Shown piece after piece: positions 25,823 through 35,041 of a DNA stretch of 59,270 nucleotides; within the stretch, counting starts at the first letter, position 1; the number at the start of each line of letters is the position of its first letter. Under the pieces are notes generated by a model. That model was not told the DNA's origin, made no database searches, and saw only the letters and a program-made list of their open reading frames with translations. The position numbers were made by a program, and so were the translations under genes. This DNA is from Candidatus Zixiibacteriota bacterium (GTDB taxonomy: Bacteria > Zixibacteria > MSB-5A5 > UBA10806), in NCBI GenBank assembly GCA_036481315.1, contig JAZGHS010000123.1, forward strand, positions 1 through 59,270. Direction: 5' to 3'.

Positions 25823-27916
25823 TTGAAAAAAATCGTCCTGTTTTCATGCCTGCTTTTGTGGATTTGCGTTCCGGCAACTATGGCTGATTGGAATGACGGC
25901 GACGGTCACAAGATGCATTATCCTCAGCATCCCGATCCAAATGGATGGGATGTTAATTGTACGGGTAACGTCGGGTTGCCGAATTCCATAATGCTGGCCG
26001 ATGATTTTGAGTGCATTGAAACAGGCTTTATCAAGGACATACATTTCTGGGGTTCATGGAAACATGGCCTCGAGGGCCAGGTAATAATGTTCCATTTGGC
26101 AATTCATGAAAACATTCCTGTTGGCCCGTACGGATATAGCGTCCCCGGCGCTCAATTATGGCCACCGGATGGCAGTCCATACGAGGTATCTGATGCTATA
26201 GTCAGACCTGGTGATCCCCCCGGTCTTCAAGGATGGTATGATCCGATGACCGGTGAGATCATTCCTGAAGATCATACGAATTATTTCCAGTATAATGTCT
26301 TTTTGCCGGAACCGTTTTGGTTCGAGCAAACAGCCGGTGAAATTTACTGGTTGAGAATTGTGGCATTTGTCCAGGATGAGGTAAACACGGCCTGGGGTTG
26401 GAAAACCTCGATGGATCCTCAATTTATGGATAGCGCCGTATGGAAATCCTATACCCAGGGCGGAGAATGGGGGGAGCTACACGAACCGGTAGTTCCCATT
26501 ATAAATGATTTCGCAGTAGCGTTCGATCCGGACGGATTATTTATAACTGGCTGGGGAACTGACTCTTTCGGTCAGGGCTGGTATGAATACCCGAATTTCG
26601 GATGGTGGAATATCTGGTTCTATGATCATCCTTTTGATTACGAACGTATGAAACAAATCGTAGTTTTCGGCATTGTATTTCCAACACAACCGGGTCTTCC
26701 TATGTATGTCGAAATAGCGGTTAATTGGTCCACAGACCAGTGGCCGCCCGGTACCCCTGAGCCGCCCCTGCCACCTCTCGATCCTACAGAAGAAGAAGCA
26801 GTTATTGGCCGCCAGATTATTTGGGCAGGTGACGTCGAAGGACCGATCGAGGGGTTTTTCGAAATATTAGAGTATAACCCCGAATGGGTTTCAATCGATG
26901 TTCGCGGATACAATTTTACTCTTGCGGAAGGACAAATTAACCATACCTGTATGCCACGTGATCCCCAGCCGCAATCGCTCGATCTTGCTTTCGTGATTAC
27001 CAGCGGCCCCCAGGCGGATGTTCCGGTATACGATCTCTGGGAGACACCCGCCGGAAATAATACTTATGTGGACCTGGGATGCGATCCAAGCACTCCCCCG
27101 CTTCCGGCTGATTTCTTCGGGCCGGGATCAGATCCGTTCGAAGGTCAGGTAGCCTGTGTGGGTGAACCTCTTCAAACATCGCCCCCAAATATCCTCGGAC
27201 CGACAGACACTATTGTAAAAAGGGCAAGAGCTGCTGATTTACCGGCATGCGATTGGTCGGATGCCATAGAAATCGAAATCGTAGCCTTGAATCTCGTAAG
27301 CGTAGAGCCGATAACCGTTACATACGAGGGTGGAACGTATCCCGAGCTATGGGATCTCAGAGTTTGCTTATCCGATCAGCAGCAGCTTCCGGGATCGATG
27401 ATTATTGAGCAGCATTGCGATCAAGGTGGCTACTTCTTAGCTAATTTTCCGGTTTTAGCCAAATTGATATTTACCAGAGTCGATCCGCCTTACGATCAGT
27501 TGGTATATGATCTGGGAATGAATGGACATCCCCCGATAATATACGATATCGTACCCAGCGGCTGGCTATTCACCGACCCGGGACTCGGAATTTATGTTTC
27601 TCCGGGCGATGTCGACGTAGAGAACTGCGATTATCTCGGCACCACTATCGGACGGAGCGCTGTCGATCTGATTCCGGGGATACAAGGTTTACCCTGCGAT
27701 GACTGTGGCGTTCCCCCCGATGGCTATGATATTCCCATAACTGAGGTGTTCTATCTCCCCGAGCTCTGCGGCGAACAGTATATCAGGCCGCCGCATGACG
27801 TTGCCCAGGATATCCCGACTCTCTCCGAATGGGGTATGATATTATTCTCGTTAATGTTGCTTGCGCTCGGAAGCGCCGCCGCGATACGTCGCCGCAGGCA
27901 AGTAGCTGTTGGTTAG
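25823..27916 (+). CDS. Secreted protein of unknown function with IPTL-CTERM-type sorting tail
   Basis: TTG start behind AGGAGG. Signal peptide. Trp/Pro-rich sequence with no catalytic motif recognised. C-terminus IPTLSEWGMILFSLMLLALGSAAAIRRRRQVAVG. Confidence 0.75.
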   Translation: MKKIVLFSCLLLWICVPATMADWNDGDGHKMHYPQHPDPNGWDVNCTGNVGLPNSIMLADDFECIETGFIKDIHFWGSWKHGLEGQVIMFHLAIHENIPVGPYGYSVPGAQLWPPDGSPYEVSDAIVRPGDPPGLQGWYDPMTGEIIPEDHTNYFQYNVFLPEPFWFEQTAGEIYWLRIVAFVQDEVNTAWGWKTSMDPQFMDSAVWKSYTQGGEWGELHEPVVPIINDFAVAFDPDGLFITGWGTDSFGQGWYEYPNFGWWNIWFYDHPFDYERMKQIVVFGIVFPTQPGLPMYVEIAVNWSTDQWPPGTPEPPLPPLDPTEEEAVIGRQIIWAGDVEGPIEGFFEILEYNPEWVSIDVRGYNFTLAEGQINHTCMPRDPQPQSLDLAFVITSGPQADVPVYDLWETPAGNNTYVDLGCDPSTPPLPADFFGPGSDPFEGQVACVGEPLQTSPPNILGPTDTIVKRARAADLPACDWSDAIEIEIVALNLVSVEPITVTYEGGTYPELWDLRVCLSDQQQLPGSMIIEQHCDQGGYFLANFPVLAKLIFTRVDPPYDQLVYDLGMNGHPPIIYDIVPSGWLFTDPGLGIYVSPGDVDVENCDYLGTTIGRSAVDLIPGIQGLPCDDCGVPPDGYDIPITEVFYLPELCGEQYIRPPHDVAQDIPTLSEWGMILFSLMLLALGSAAAIRRRRQVAVG

Positions 27917-27946
27917 AAAATAAATCGATACGCCGATCAATAAAAT

Positions 27947-27975
27947 AGCCGCCCGAAACCGGGCGGCTTTGCTTT
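27947..27975. terminator. Bidirectional rho-independent terminator
   Basis: AGCCGCCCG-AAAC-CGGGCGGCT, followed by TTGCTTTT and preceded by AAAAT. It lies between convergent genes. Confidence 0.75.
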
Positions 27976-27992
27976 TGGGAAAAAAATTTAGC

Positions 27993-28637
27993 CTACTTGG
28001 CGGTTTCCGTCGGCGCCAGGCCGGTGGAACTGAAAAGATCGATATTTATCACCTGCTTATCATCGAGCTTCAATATAACGAACTTCGGTATTTCTATATT
28101 ATGATCGGTAAGGAAAATGTCGAAAGTCCCCTCGATATGAAGCAGATCGCCCGGCAGCCGGGGTCTGGTGCTTTCCGATTCGGCGAAATAGGTGACTGTT
28201 AGATGAATAATCATCGGTTTGGTTACGCCGTGTACGGTGAAATTTCCCTCGACCTTCAACTCAATCGGTTTTTGGTCCTCCAGTACGGTTGCGCTTGATT
28301 CCACAACCCGGCTCAATTCGAAAACCGCCTTGGGATATTGTTCTGTCTCCAGGTAATTATCGCGCATATGCCCATCGCGCATATCGATCCCGGTCTTGAC
28401 GCTGGCCAGGTCGACCTCGAATTTACCGTTAATCGCGCTGTTAATATTATTTATATCGACCTCGATAAAACCTCTGGCGCGGGATGTTTTGCCCACGATA
28501 GTTTCCAGCGGCGCTTTCGACGTGAAAGTGACCACGTCGCGGCCCTTCTCATCATTAACATAAAAAGTCTTCGAATCCTGAGCGACGGCAGTTACGGCCA
28601 TCAGAAATAAAACCGGTAAAAGCATCATTTTTTTCAT
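27993..28637 (-). CDS. YceI-like periplasmic protein
   Basis: Signal peptide. Beta-barrel-like pattern ..VTFTSKAPLETIVGKTS...G.IEVD.. and ..KVEGNFTVHGVTKPMIIHLTV.., typical of the YceI family. Confidence 0.6.
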   Translation of the reverse strand: MKKMMLLPVLFLMAVTAVAQDSKTFYVNDEKGRDVVTFTSKAPLETIVGKTSRARGFIEVDINNINSAINGKFEVDLASVKTGIDMRDGHMRDNYLETEQYPKAVFELSRVVESSATVLEDQKPIELKVEGNFTVHGVTKPMIIHLTVTYFAESESTRPRLPGDLLHIEGTFDIFLTDHNIEIPKFVILKLDDKQVINIDLFSSTGLAPTETAK

Positions 28638-28758
28638 TTAAAATCTCCTTGTTATGGAAACCACAATCAATATCATTAAACTCATCGAGCTTTTCTCCGG
28701 TTCCCGATTATTGAATTGCCTCTTGACTGAATCGACCGACCACCCCTAAGTTATATTT

Positions 28759-29433
28759 ATGATAAGATTAAGCGTGGATTTGGAACCGCTTTACCGTCTG
28801 TATAATATTGACGGGACCCAAGCGCATAAACCGTTGCTGAAACACGCCCTGGCTCTGGAAGCGGCGGGGGTGGACGGTGTCGTTTTCGGTGTTGAAGGGG
28901 CTTATGATTCGGGTCGTCGACGGGTAATGACCGCGCTTTCCGAAAACCTCGATATCAACCTCTCAGTGAGAACATCGATAGAAGAACAATGGATCGACGC
29001 TCTTCTGGAAATCAAGCCGTCGCTGGCAATTTTCGCTTTTGACGGTAATTATGAGGATTCTTATAAAGATGTTATTACACGTTTGCAGGTGGAGAATATC
29101 CTGGTGGCATTCGAGATAAAACCCCAGATCGAGCTGGTTAAAAAGGCCGCCAGGCTCAAAGGCGATTTCCTCGTTTTCGATAGCGATTTATACGTCGATG
29201 CTAAAAGCCTCGGTGAGCGGATCGAACAGCTCAACCTGATATCGAAAGCGGCGGCGTTGGGATCCAGGCTGTCCATGGGATCGGTCGCGGCCGGTGATTT
29301 CGATAAGCAGAGGTTAGTCAAACTCGCCGAAACAAAAACGGTAGAAGAGATATTCTCAGGCTTGCCGCTTATCACTGACTCTTTATTGTCGGGCTATGCC
29401 GAAGCGGTCAAATCGTTGAGATCATATTTGTAA
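28759..29433 (+). CDS. PdxJ-like TIM-barrel protein with catalytic residues replaced
   Basis: From memory, it is colinear with PdxJ. LSVDLEPLYRL.N..G matches LGVNIDHIATLRNARG, EAAGVDGV matches EQAGADGI, and EIKPS matches ETKPH. At the C-terminus, ..VDAKS...EQL..ISKAA..GSRLSMGS matches ..ADAKT..EL.RIAKAA..GLKVNAGHG. The His, Arg and Glu positions are substituted. Confidence 0.5.
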   Translation: MIRLSVDLEPLYRLYNIDGTQAHKPLLKHALALEAAGVDGVVFGVEGAYDSGRRRVMTALSENLDINLSVRTSIEEQWIDALLEIKPSLAIFAFDGNYEDSYKDVITRLQVENILVAFEIKPQIELVKKAARLKGDFLVFDSDLYVDAKSLGERIEQLNLISKAAALGSRLSMGSVAAGDFDKQRLVKLAETKTVEEIFSGLPLITDSLLSGYAEAVKSLRSYL

Positions 29434-29617
29434 GGTTCTGATCTTTATTTACAATTGAATGCATCATCGACTCCCGATATCTTGTAACAGGTCAATAATA
29501 TCCGATCGGCGGGCGGAACAAATTTGCTCGACAGACGCATAATAATCCTGGAACGCAAATTAGTCCGTATTTGTTGTTATCGTCAGGAATTTAAACTGCC
29601 GGGGAGAAGCGCGAGCC

Positions 29618-30520
29618 ATGTTAACCGGAGTACATTTTTTACTAACCTATAAATGCACATTTGAGTGCGATCATTGTTTCCTGTTTTGCGGGCCCAATGC
29701 CGAGGGCGTCTTCACTATCGACCACGTGCAAAACGTACTCGGGCAGATGAAAGAAACCGGTACGATCGACACCGCCTATTTCGAGGGTGGAGAGCCGTTT
29801 TTGTATTACCCACTTATGGTCGAATCGCTCCGGCTGGCTAAATCGATGGGGTTTAAAGCCGGGGTTGTTACTAACGCATATTGGGCGGAATCGGATCGTG
29901 ACGCCGAACTCTGGTTGAAACCGCTGGCTGATATCGGTATCGACGACCTCTCCGTTTCCGATGACGATTTTCATTACCCTGACGGCGGAGAAACGTCCGC
30001 GGCAAGAGCGGCGAAAGCGGCGAAGAATCTGGGGATACCATGCGGCGCTATCTGTATCGACGCTCCCAAAGTGGTAACCGATGATAAGAAATGGAAAGGC
30101 GAGCCGGTTGTCGGTGGCGATGTGCTTTTTAAAGGACGGGCGGTGGATAAACTCGACAGCAATCTTCCCAGACGGATGTATAGTGTTTTCGATGAATGTC
30201 CTCATGAGGATTTTGAGGATCCCGGACGAATACACCTTGACCCTTTTGGTTACGTTCACGCCTGCCAGGGGATAGTTATCGGCAACGTTTGGAAGACGCC
30301 ATTAAAAGAGATAATGGAAAAATACGATCCCGAATCTCATCCGATAATCGGTCCGTTAATCAAGGGCGGCCCAGCCGAACTTGCCCGCAAATTCAATTTT
30401 GATATAACGTCGGGATTTATAGATCACTGCCATCTCTGCTTCGAGATCAGACGTGGTCTGCTCGATAGATTCCCCGATATCCTCACTCCGAAATTGGTTT
30501 ACGGGGTAGAGGATCGGTGA
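29618..30520 (+). CDS. Radical SAM protein
   Basis: CTFECDHC is a CxxxCxxC motif at residues ~13-20. GGEPFLYY is the SAM-binding GGE motif. Additional C-terminal Cys residues (CPHE, HACQG, HCHLC). Confidence 0.8.
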   Translation: MLTGVHFLLTYKCTFECDHCFLFCGPNAEGVFTIDHVQNVLGQMKETGTIDTAYFEGGEPFLYYPLMVESLRLAKSMGFKAGVVTNAYWAESDRDAELWLKPLADIGIDDLSVSDDDFHYPDGGETSAARAAKAAKNLGIPCGAICIDAPKVVTDDKKWKGEPVVGGDVLFKGRAVDKLDSNLPRRMYSVFDECPHEDFEDPGRIHLDPFGYVHACQGIVIGNVWKTPLKEIMEKYDPESHPIIGPLIKGGPAELARKFNFDITSGFIDHCHLCFEIRRGLLDRFPDILTPKLVYGVEDR

Positions 30521-30589
30521 TCGGTCGGTTTTTTAAAAGAATCCAATTTTAGTCAATGGTTTTAACAAAAGAGTATTATATTATTAGTC

Positions 30590-31147
30590 ATGGTTGATAA
30601 CGATAAATTTCGGGGAAAATATAGAATTGGATCAACGCGATTGAAATCCCATAACTATGGTGAAAATGGCTATTATTTTATCACTATTTGCACAAAGAAT
30701 AAGGATAATTTCTTCGGGGATATTGTTGATGATAAAATGGATTTATCATTCATCGGAAAAGTCGCAGATAAATTCTGGAGAGAGATCCCAGAACATTTTC
30801 CGTTCGTCATATTGGATGAATTTATCATTATGCCAAACCATATTCATGGGATAATTATTATTAATAAGGAAGAATTACAGGCGGTAGAGACGCACAATCG
30901 TGCGTCTCTACAATATAAAAATAAATTCGGTTCGCAATCGAAGAATCTGGGATCGATTATAAGAAATTACAAATCCGCTGTTAAAAAATACGCTATGATT
31001 CAACAGATCGTGTTCGCCTGGCAACCTCGTTTCTACGATCACATTATACGAAACGAAAGATCATTAGTGAAAATCCGTGAGTATATAAGGTCTAATCCCA
31101 CGATGTGGGATAAAGATGCGATTAATACTGAGAATCTGTTTCTTTGA
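30590..31147 (+). CDS. REP-associated tyrosine transposase-like (IS200/Y1 HUH family) protein
   Basis: YFITICTKN, HUH motif MPNHIHGIIII, GSQSKNLGSIIRNYKSAV (catalytic Tyr region) and WQPRFYDHIIRNE. Single gene with no flanking IS ends seen. Confidence 0.8.
   Translation: MVDNDKFRGKYRIGSTRLKSHNYGENGYYFITICTKNKDNFFGDIVDDKMDLSFIGKVADKFWREIPEHFPFVILDEFIIMPNHIHGIIIINKEELQAVETHNRASLQYKNKFGSQSKNLGSIIRNYKSAVKKYAMIQQIVFAWQPRFYDHIIRNERSLVKIREYIRSNPTMWDKDAINTENLFL
30884..30911. repeat. Perfect 12-bp-stem palindrome inside the RAYT-like CDS
   Basis: GTAGAGACGCAC-AATC-GTGCGTCTCTAC, encoding ..VETHNRASLQ.. between the HUH and Tyr motifs. Confidence 0.9.
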
Positions 31148-31207
31148 ATAAAACGGAGTAGAAAGTTATTGCAATTAGATCAAATTGTACAGGGATTTGA
31201 GACATGG

Positions 31208-33211
31208 CTATTTCAACAGAACGCACTTGCGCGTCTCTACATAATCCCCGGCCTCGATCCGATAAAAATAAACTCCCGATGATACAACCTCCGCGTCCCA
31301 GACTATAGAATGCGACCCTGCGGACTGAAGCCCGGCAGACAGCGTTTCGATTCTTCGGCCGAGAAGATCGTAAACGGTCAGCGTGACCTGTTGCGGTTCG
31401 GGTAATGAAAATGCAATGGAGGTAGTGGCGTTGAAGGGGTTGGGGTAATTCTGTCTAACAATAAACTGATTAGGTATGGCTACTACTTCTCTAATTCCGG
31501 TCTCTGGATCAAACCGCAAGATCATCAGTGAATACCAGTCGGCTACGTAAGTGAAATTGTCAGCCACGAAAACACCCGTAGCACGTCCTGTATCGTAGCG
31601 CTCGGAAAATGTCGGGTTTGAGGGATTGGAGACATCGATTATCTCAAGGCCGCCCCCATTCCCATACCTTTCATCAGCTACATAGGCGTAACTGCCGGAG
31701 ACGAAAACGTCGCTAGCATCAACGCCCGGCATATCGTAGCTTCCTGCAAATATCGGGTTTGAGGGATTAGAAACATCGATTATTTGAAGGCCATCATAGC
31801 CAGCAGCCAAATAGGCGTAGCTACCGGAGACGAAAACGTTTTCTTCATAACCCGGCAAATTATAGGATCCGGCAAATATCGGGCTCGACGGGTCGGAGAT
31901 GTCTATTATCTGAAGGCCAAAATCATAATCAGCCACATAGGCGTGACTGCCGGAGACAAAAACACTCAAAGCCCTGCCCGGGGTATCGTAGCTTCCGGTA
32001 AAAGTCGGGTTTGAGGGGTCGGAGACATCAATTATATATAGGCCAGAATCAAATACGGCTACATAGGCGTAGTTGCCAGAGACGAAAACTTCTGCGGCAC
32101 CAAGCGGTGTATTGTAGCTTCCGGAAAGAGTTGGGTTTGAGGGGTCGGTGACATCGATAATCTCAAGGCCGCCCCAATACCAGCCGACAGCCACATAGGC
32201 GTAACTGCCGGAAACGAAAACACCTTCAGCAAACCCGGGTGTATCGTAGCTTCCGGCCAACGTCGGGTTCGAAGGGTTGGATACGTCTATTATCTGAACG
32301 CCGGAATACCCATCAACCGCATAGGCGTAGCTGCCGGAAACGAAAAAGACTCCAGCAGAACCGTAGCTTCCGGCAAACTCCGGATTTGAGGGTTCGGAAA
32401 CGTCCAAAATCAGAAGACCATAATGCAGATTATTCACATAGGCGTAATTGCCGGAGACGACAACGCCCCAGGTATATCCCGAGAAAGTGTGGTTTCCAAC
32501 GAATGTCGGGTTCGAAGGGTCGGAGACGTCTATTATATCAAGCCCACCTATGCCCGGATCCCATCCACCAGACCAGGTTACATAGGCGTAACTGCCGTCG
32601 ACGAAAACGTCCGCGACAGAAAGAGGTGTATCGTAGCTTCCGGTAAATATCGGATTTGAAGGGTCGGAGACGTCTATTATCTGAAGGCTATCAGCAACCA
32701 AATAGGCGTAGCTACCGGAGACGAAAACGATACTTGCATCTGTATTGTAGCTTCCGGCAAAAGTCGGGTTTGAGGGGTCGGAGACGTCGATTATATAAAG
32801 GCCAGAATCCCTAACGCATACATAGGCGTAGCTGCCGGAGATGAAAACGCTGAAAGCATAATCCGGTGTATCATAGCTTCCGGCAAATATCGGGTTTGAA
32901 GGATCGGAGACATCGATTATCTGAAGGCCAGATTCTCCATCAGCTAAAAAAGCGTAATTGCCGGCTACGTCAATAACTCCTCCAAAACCATCACAATAAA
33001 ACTGACTGACAAAAGACGGGGAAGATGCATCCGTGATGTCAAGGATTACCAGACCATTACGAAAAGCACAATAGGCGTAATCGCCAACGACTTTAACATC
33101 GTTGGCATCCGTCCAGAGTGTTGAGCCCACATACTCAACATTCTGGGCTAATGCGGAGTTGGCCAATGACAGGCATAATATCGCCAACATTAAAACTCTA
33201 ACAATATTCAT
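31208..33211 (-). CDS. LVIVD-repeat beta-propeller protein with T9SS C-terminal sorting domain
   Basis: Signal peptide. About a dozen ~40-aa repeats (GLQIIDVSDPSNP.F.GSYDTPG.A..VFVSGSYAYVA). Tail QNYPNPFNATTSIAFSLP..SGVYFYRIEAGDYVETRKCVLLK. Confidence 0.85.
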   Translation of the reverse strand: MNIVRVLMLAILCLSLANSALAQNVEYVGSTLWTDANDVKVVGDYAYCAFRNGLVILDITDASSPSFVSQFYCDGFGGVIDVAGNYAFLADGESGLQIIDVSDPSNPIFAGSYDTPDYAFSVFISGSYAYVCVRDSGLYIIDVSDPSNPTFAGSYNTDASIVFVSGSYAYLVADSLQIIDVSDPSNPIFTGSYDTPLSVADVFVDGSYAYVTWSGGWDPGIGGLDIIDVSDPSNPTFVGNHTFSGYTWGVVVSGNYAYVNNLHYGLLILDVSEPSNPEFAGSYGSAGVFFVSGSYAYAVDGYSGVQIIDVSNPSNPTLAGSYDTPGFAEGVFVSGSYAYVAVGWYWGGLEIIDVTDPSNPTLSGSYNTPLGAAEVFVSGNYAYVAVFDSGLYIIDVSDPSNPTFTGSYDTPGRALSVFVSGSHAYVADYDFGLQIIDISDPSSPIFAGSYNLPGYEENVFVSGSYAYLAAGYDGLQIIDVSNPSNPIFAGSYDMPGVDASDVFVSGSYAYVADERYGNGGGLEIIDVSNPSNPTFSERYDTGRATGVFVADNFTYVADWYSLMILRFDPETGIREVVAIPNQFIVRQNYPNPFNATTSIAFSLPEPQQVTLTVYDLLGRRIETLSAGLQSAGSHSIVWDAEVVSSGVYFYRIEAGDYVETRKCVLLK

Positions 33212-33343
33212 AATATCCTCTCAGCGAAGTATTTATCCCGTTGCCAATCGCAGATGTAAAATACCTTGATAATAATATGGATAACTAATTCTATTTGGAT
33301 GTCAAGGGAAAAATGGACTTGAGGTTGCTGGAATTTTAAATGC

Positions 33344-34600
33344 CTATTTCAGCAACACACACTTCCGTGTCTCATTGTAATCCCCAGCCTCGATCCGATA
33401 GAAATAGACTCCGGATGATACATCCTCCGCGTCCCAGACTATCGAATGCGATCCAGCGGGTTGTGTTCCTGCTAGGAGCGTCTTGGTATTACGTCCTAAC
33501 AGATCGTAGATCTCAATGCGAACTTCGCTTTCGTTCGGCAGGTCGTAGCGGATGGTGGTGGACGCGTTGAAGGGATTGGGATAGATTTGAATCGAAGCAA
33601 TACGGATTGCAGGATCGAGACTTTCATTAATAATGGTAGGCAGAAATTGCAGTATATCGAGCCTCGAGGAGATGATAGCATAAATATACCCATTTTCTAC
33701 GAAAAGGTCCTTACAAAAGGACGAAGCATAAAACGCTATTAAAACCGGATTTGAAGGGTTTGAGATATCAAGAATTATAACTCCTCGGTTTCCAGCGGCT
33801 AAATAGGCGTAATCTCCTTCGCAGTAAATTTTTTCGAATGCGTATTCGGAATCGTACTGCCCGACTCTAAAAGGCTCGTCCGGATTTGATACATCTATTA
33901 TTTGAAGTCCCTCTGTTGAGGGAATATATGCATGATTATCATGCACGAATATATCCTCGGTACGCGAAAGATCATCAATAGATACGATAAACTCTGGATT
34001 ATATGGATCGTAAATATCGACTATTTTCATGGCTTCCCCATGATAATCGGTTATAAATGCATAAGATTCTTTAATATACAACTCACGCGCATCATTACTA
34101 TTAATCAATATCTCGCTCATCAGGATCGGTTCGAGCATATTCGTAATATCCAATATATGCAAGCGATAACAATCAATAACGTACGCTATATTGTTGAAAA
34201 CAACGACATCGTGCACGACACCGCCGCACTCGTACGACATTACAAATAAAGGGTCTGATTGATCCCGGACATCAACAATTGATAGATCGCTATATCCGTT
34301 TGCCAGGAAAGCGTATTCATCGCCAACGGAAATATTGTAAATATCCGCGGTGGAATCCAAGATCCCAGCTATGTACGGTGCTGTAGGATTCGAAACGTCA
34401 ACTATCTGTAGATTAGGTTGCCGGCCAGCAATATAGACAAATGTATCTCTTACCTGAAGAACCCAGGGATCTTCCAGTTGGCACGATCCTATTAATTCGA
34501 TCTGTGCATAGGTATATGTATCGCTAAATAAAACTAGTACTGCCAATATTAAAAGACCTGGAATTCTAATGACCGCGTTTTTCAAGGATTCCCTTAACAT
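33344..34600 (-). CDS. LVIVD-repeat protein with T9SS C-terminal sorting domain
   Basis: Repeats of the form L.I.D(V/I)SNP..P. Tail QIYPNPFNASTTIRYDLP..AGSHSIVWDAEDVSSGVYFYRIEAGDYNETRKCVLLK, close to the 31208 gene's tail. Confidence 0.8.
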   Translation of the reverse strand: MLRESLKNAVIRIPGLLILAVLVLFSDTYTYAQIELIGSCQLEDPWVLQVRDTFVYIAGRQPNLQIVDVSNPTAPYIAGILDSTADIYNISVGDEYAFLANGYSDLSIVDVRDQSDPLFVMSYECGGVVHDVVVFNNIAYVIDCYRLHILDITNMLEPILMSEILINSNDARELYIKESYAFITDYHGEAMKIVDIYDPYNPEFIVSIDDLSRTEDIFVHDNHAYIPSTEGLQIIDVSNPDEPFRVGQYDSEYAFEKIYCEGDYAYLAAGNRGVIILDISNPSNPVLIAFYASSFCKDLFVENGYIYAIISSRLDILQFLPTIINESLDPAIRIASIQIYPNPFNASTTIRYDLPNESEVRIEIYDLLGRNTKTLLAGTQPAGSHSIVWDAEDVSSGVYFYRIEAGDYNETRKCVLLK

Positions 34601-34752
34601 ATGTAACTAAATTAACATGCCAAAACCGCGTTGCCTCTTCAAATATAGATACTATCGTAAATTGGTCAAGTTATTTATCCCTTGAACATTCCGAATATTC
34701 CTCGAATAATAGGGTATAATCTAACGGGTCCTCTTTGATAAGGAGGTGTACA

Positions 34753-35007
34753 ATGTTCGAAAAAAGATTACGGGCGTTCAGCTATGCGGTCGGGATGACA
34801 TTTATTGTTATCGCCCTGCTCAATTTATTCAACTTCATCGTCTATTCGATGATGATCGAATGTGTCCTCGATTTCTGGCCCTTCACAATTCTCACACCGG
34901 CCGAGATGATCGAATATATGCTCGAAATTAAACTGATGGGGGTGTTTATCGGGGCGGTGTTCTTGGTGAGCTATTTCTGGGGGAAAAGGCTAAGCAAGAC
35001 TCAATAG
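34753..35007 (+). CDS. Small membrane protein (hypothetical)
   Basis: ATG at 34753, 7 nt after AAGGAGG; the track start at 34735 is TTG. Three hydrophobic segments. A GTCAGGAGC-GCGGG-GCTCCTGAC hairpin follows at 35007-35029. Confidence 0.5.
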   Translation: MFEKRLRAFSYAVGMTFIVIALLNLFNFIVYSMMIECVLDFWPFTILTPAEMIEYMLEIKLMGVFIGAVFLVSYFWGKRLSKTQ

Positions 35008-35041
35008 TCAGGAGCGCGGGGCTCCTGACCTACGACAGGGA

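Noticed and set aside
28723-28757. TTGACT ... TATATT as a promoter for the PdxJ-like gene.
   Set aside because: The spacer is 23 nt, and the -10-like box ends 1 nt before the ATG, which is incompatible with a functional sigma70 promoter geometry.
31231-31240. A second copy of the RAYT hairpin arm (GTAGAGACGC) just downstream of the RAYT gene as a possible REP target.
   Set aside because: The match is only 10 nt, has no inverted partner, and lies within the conserved ..VETRKCVLLK tail-coding sequence of the LVIVD gene. It is most likely coincidence.
31400-33100. Regular ~120-nt periodic repeats that might suggest a CRISPR-like array.
   Set aside because: The repeats are in-frame coding units of the LVIVD protein, with no unique spacers, and the ORF is continuous with a signal peptide and T9SS tail.
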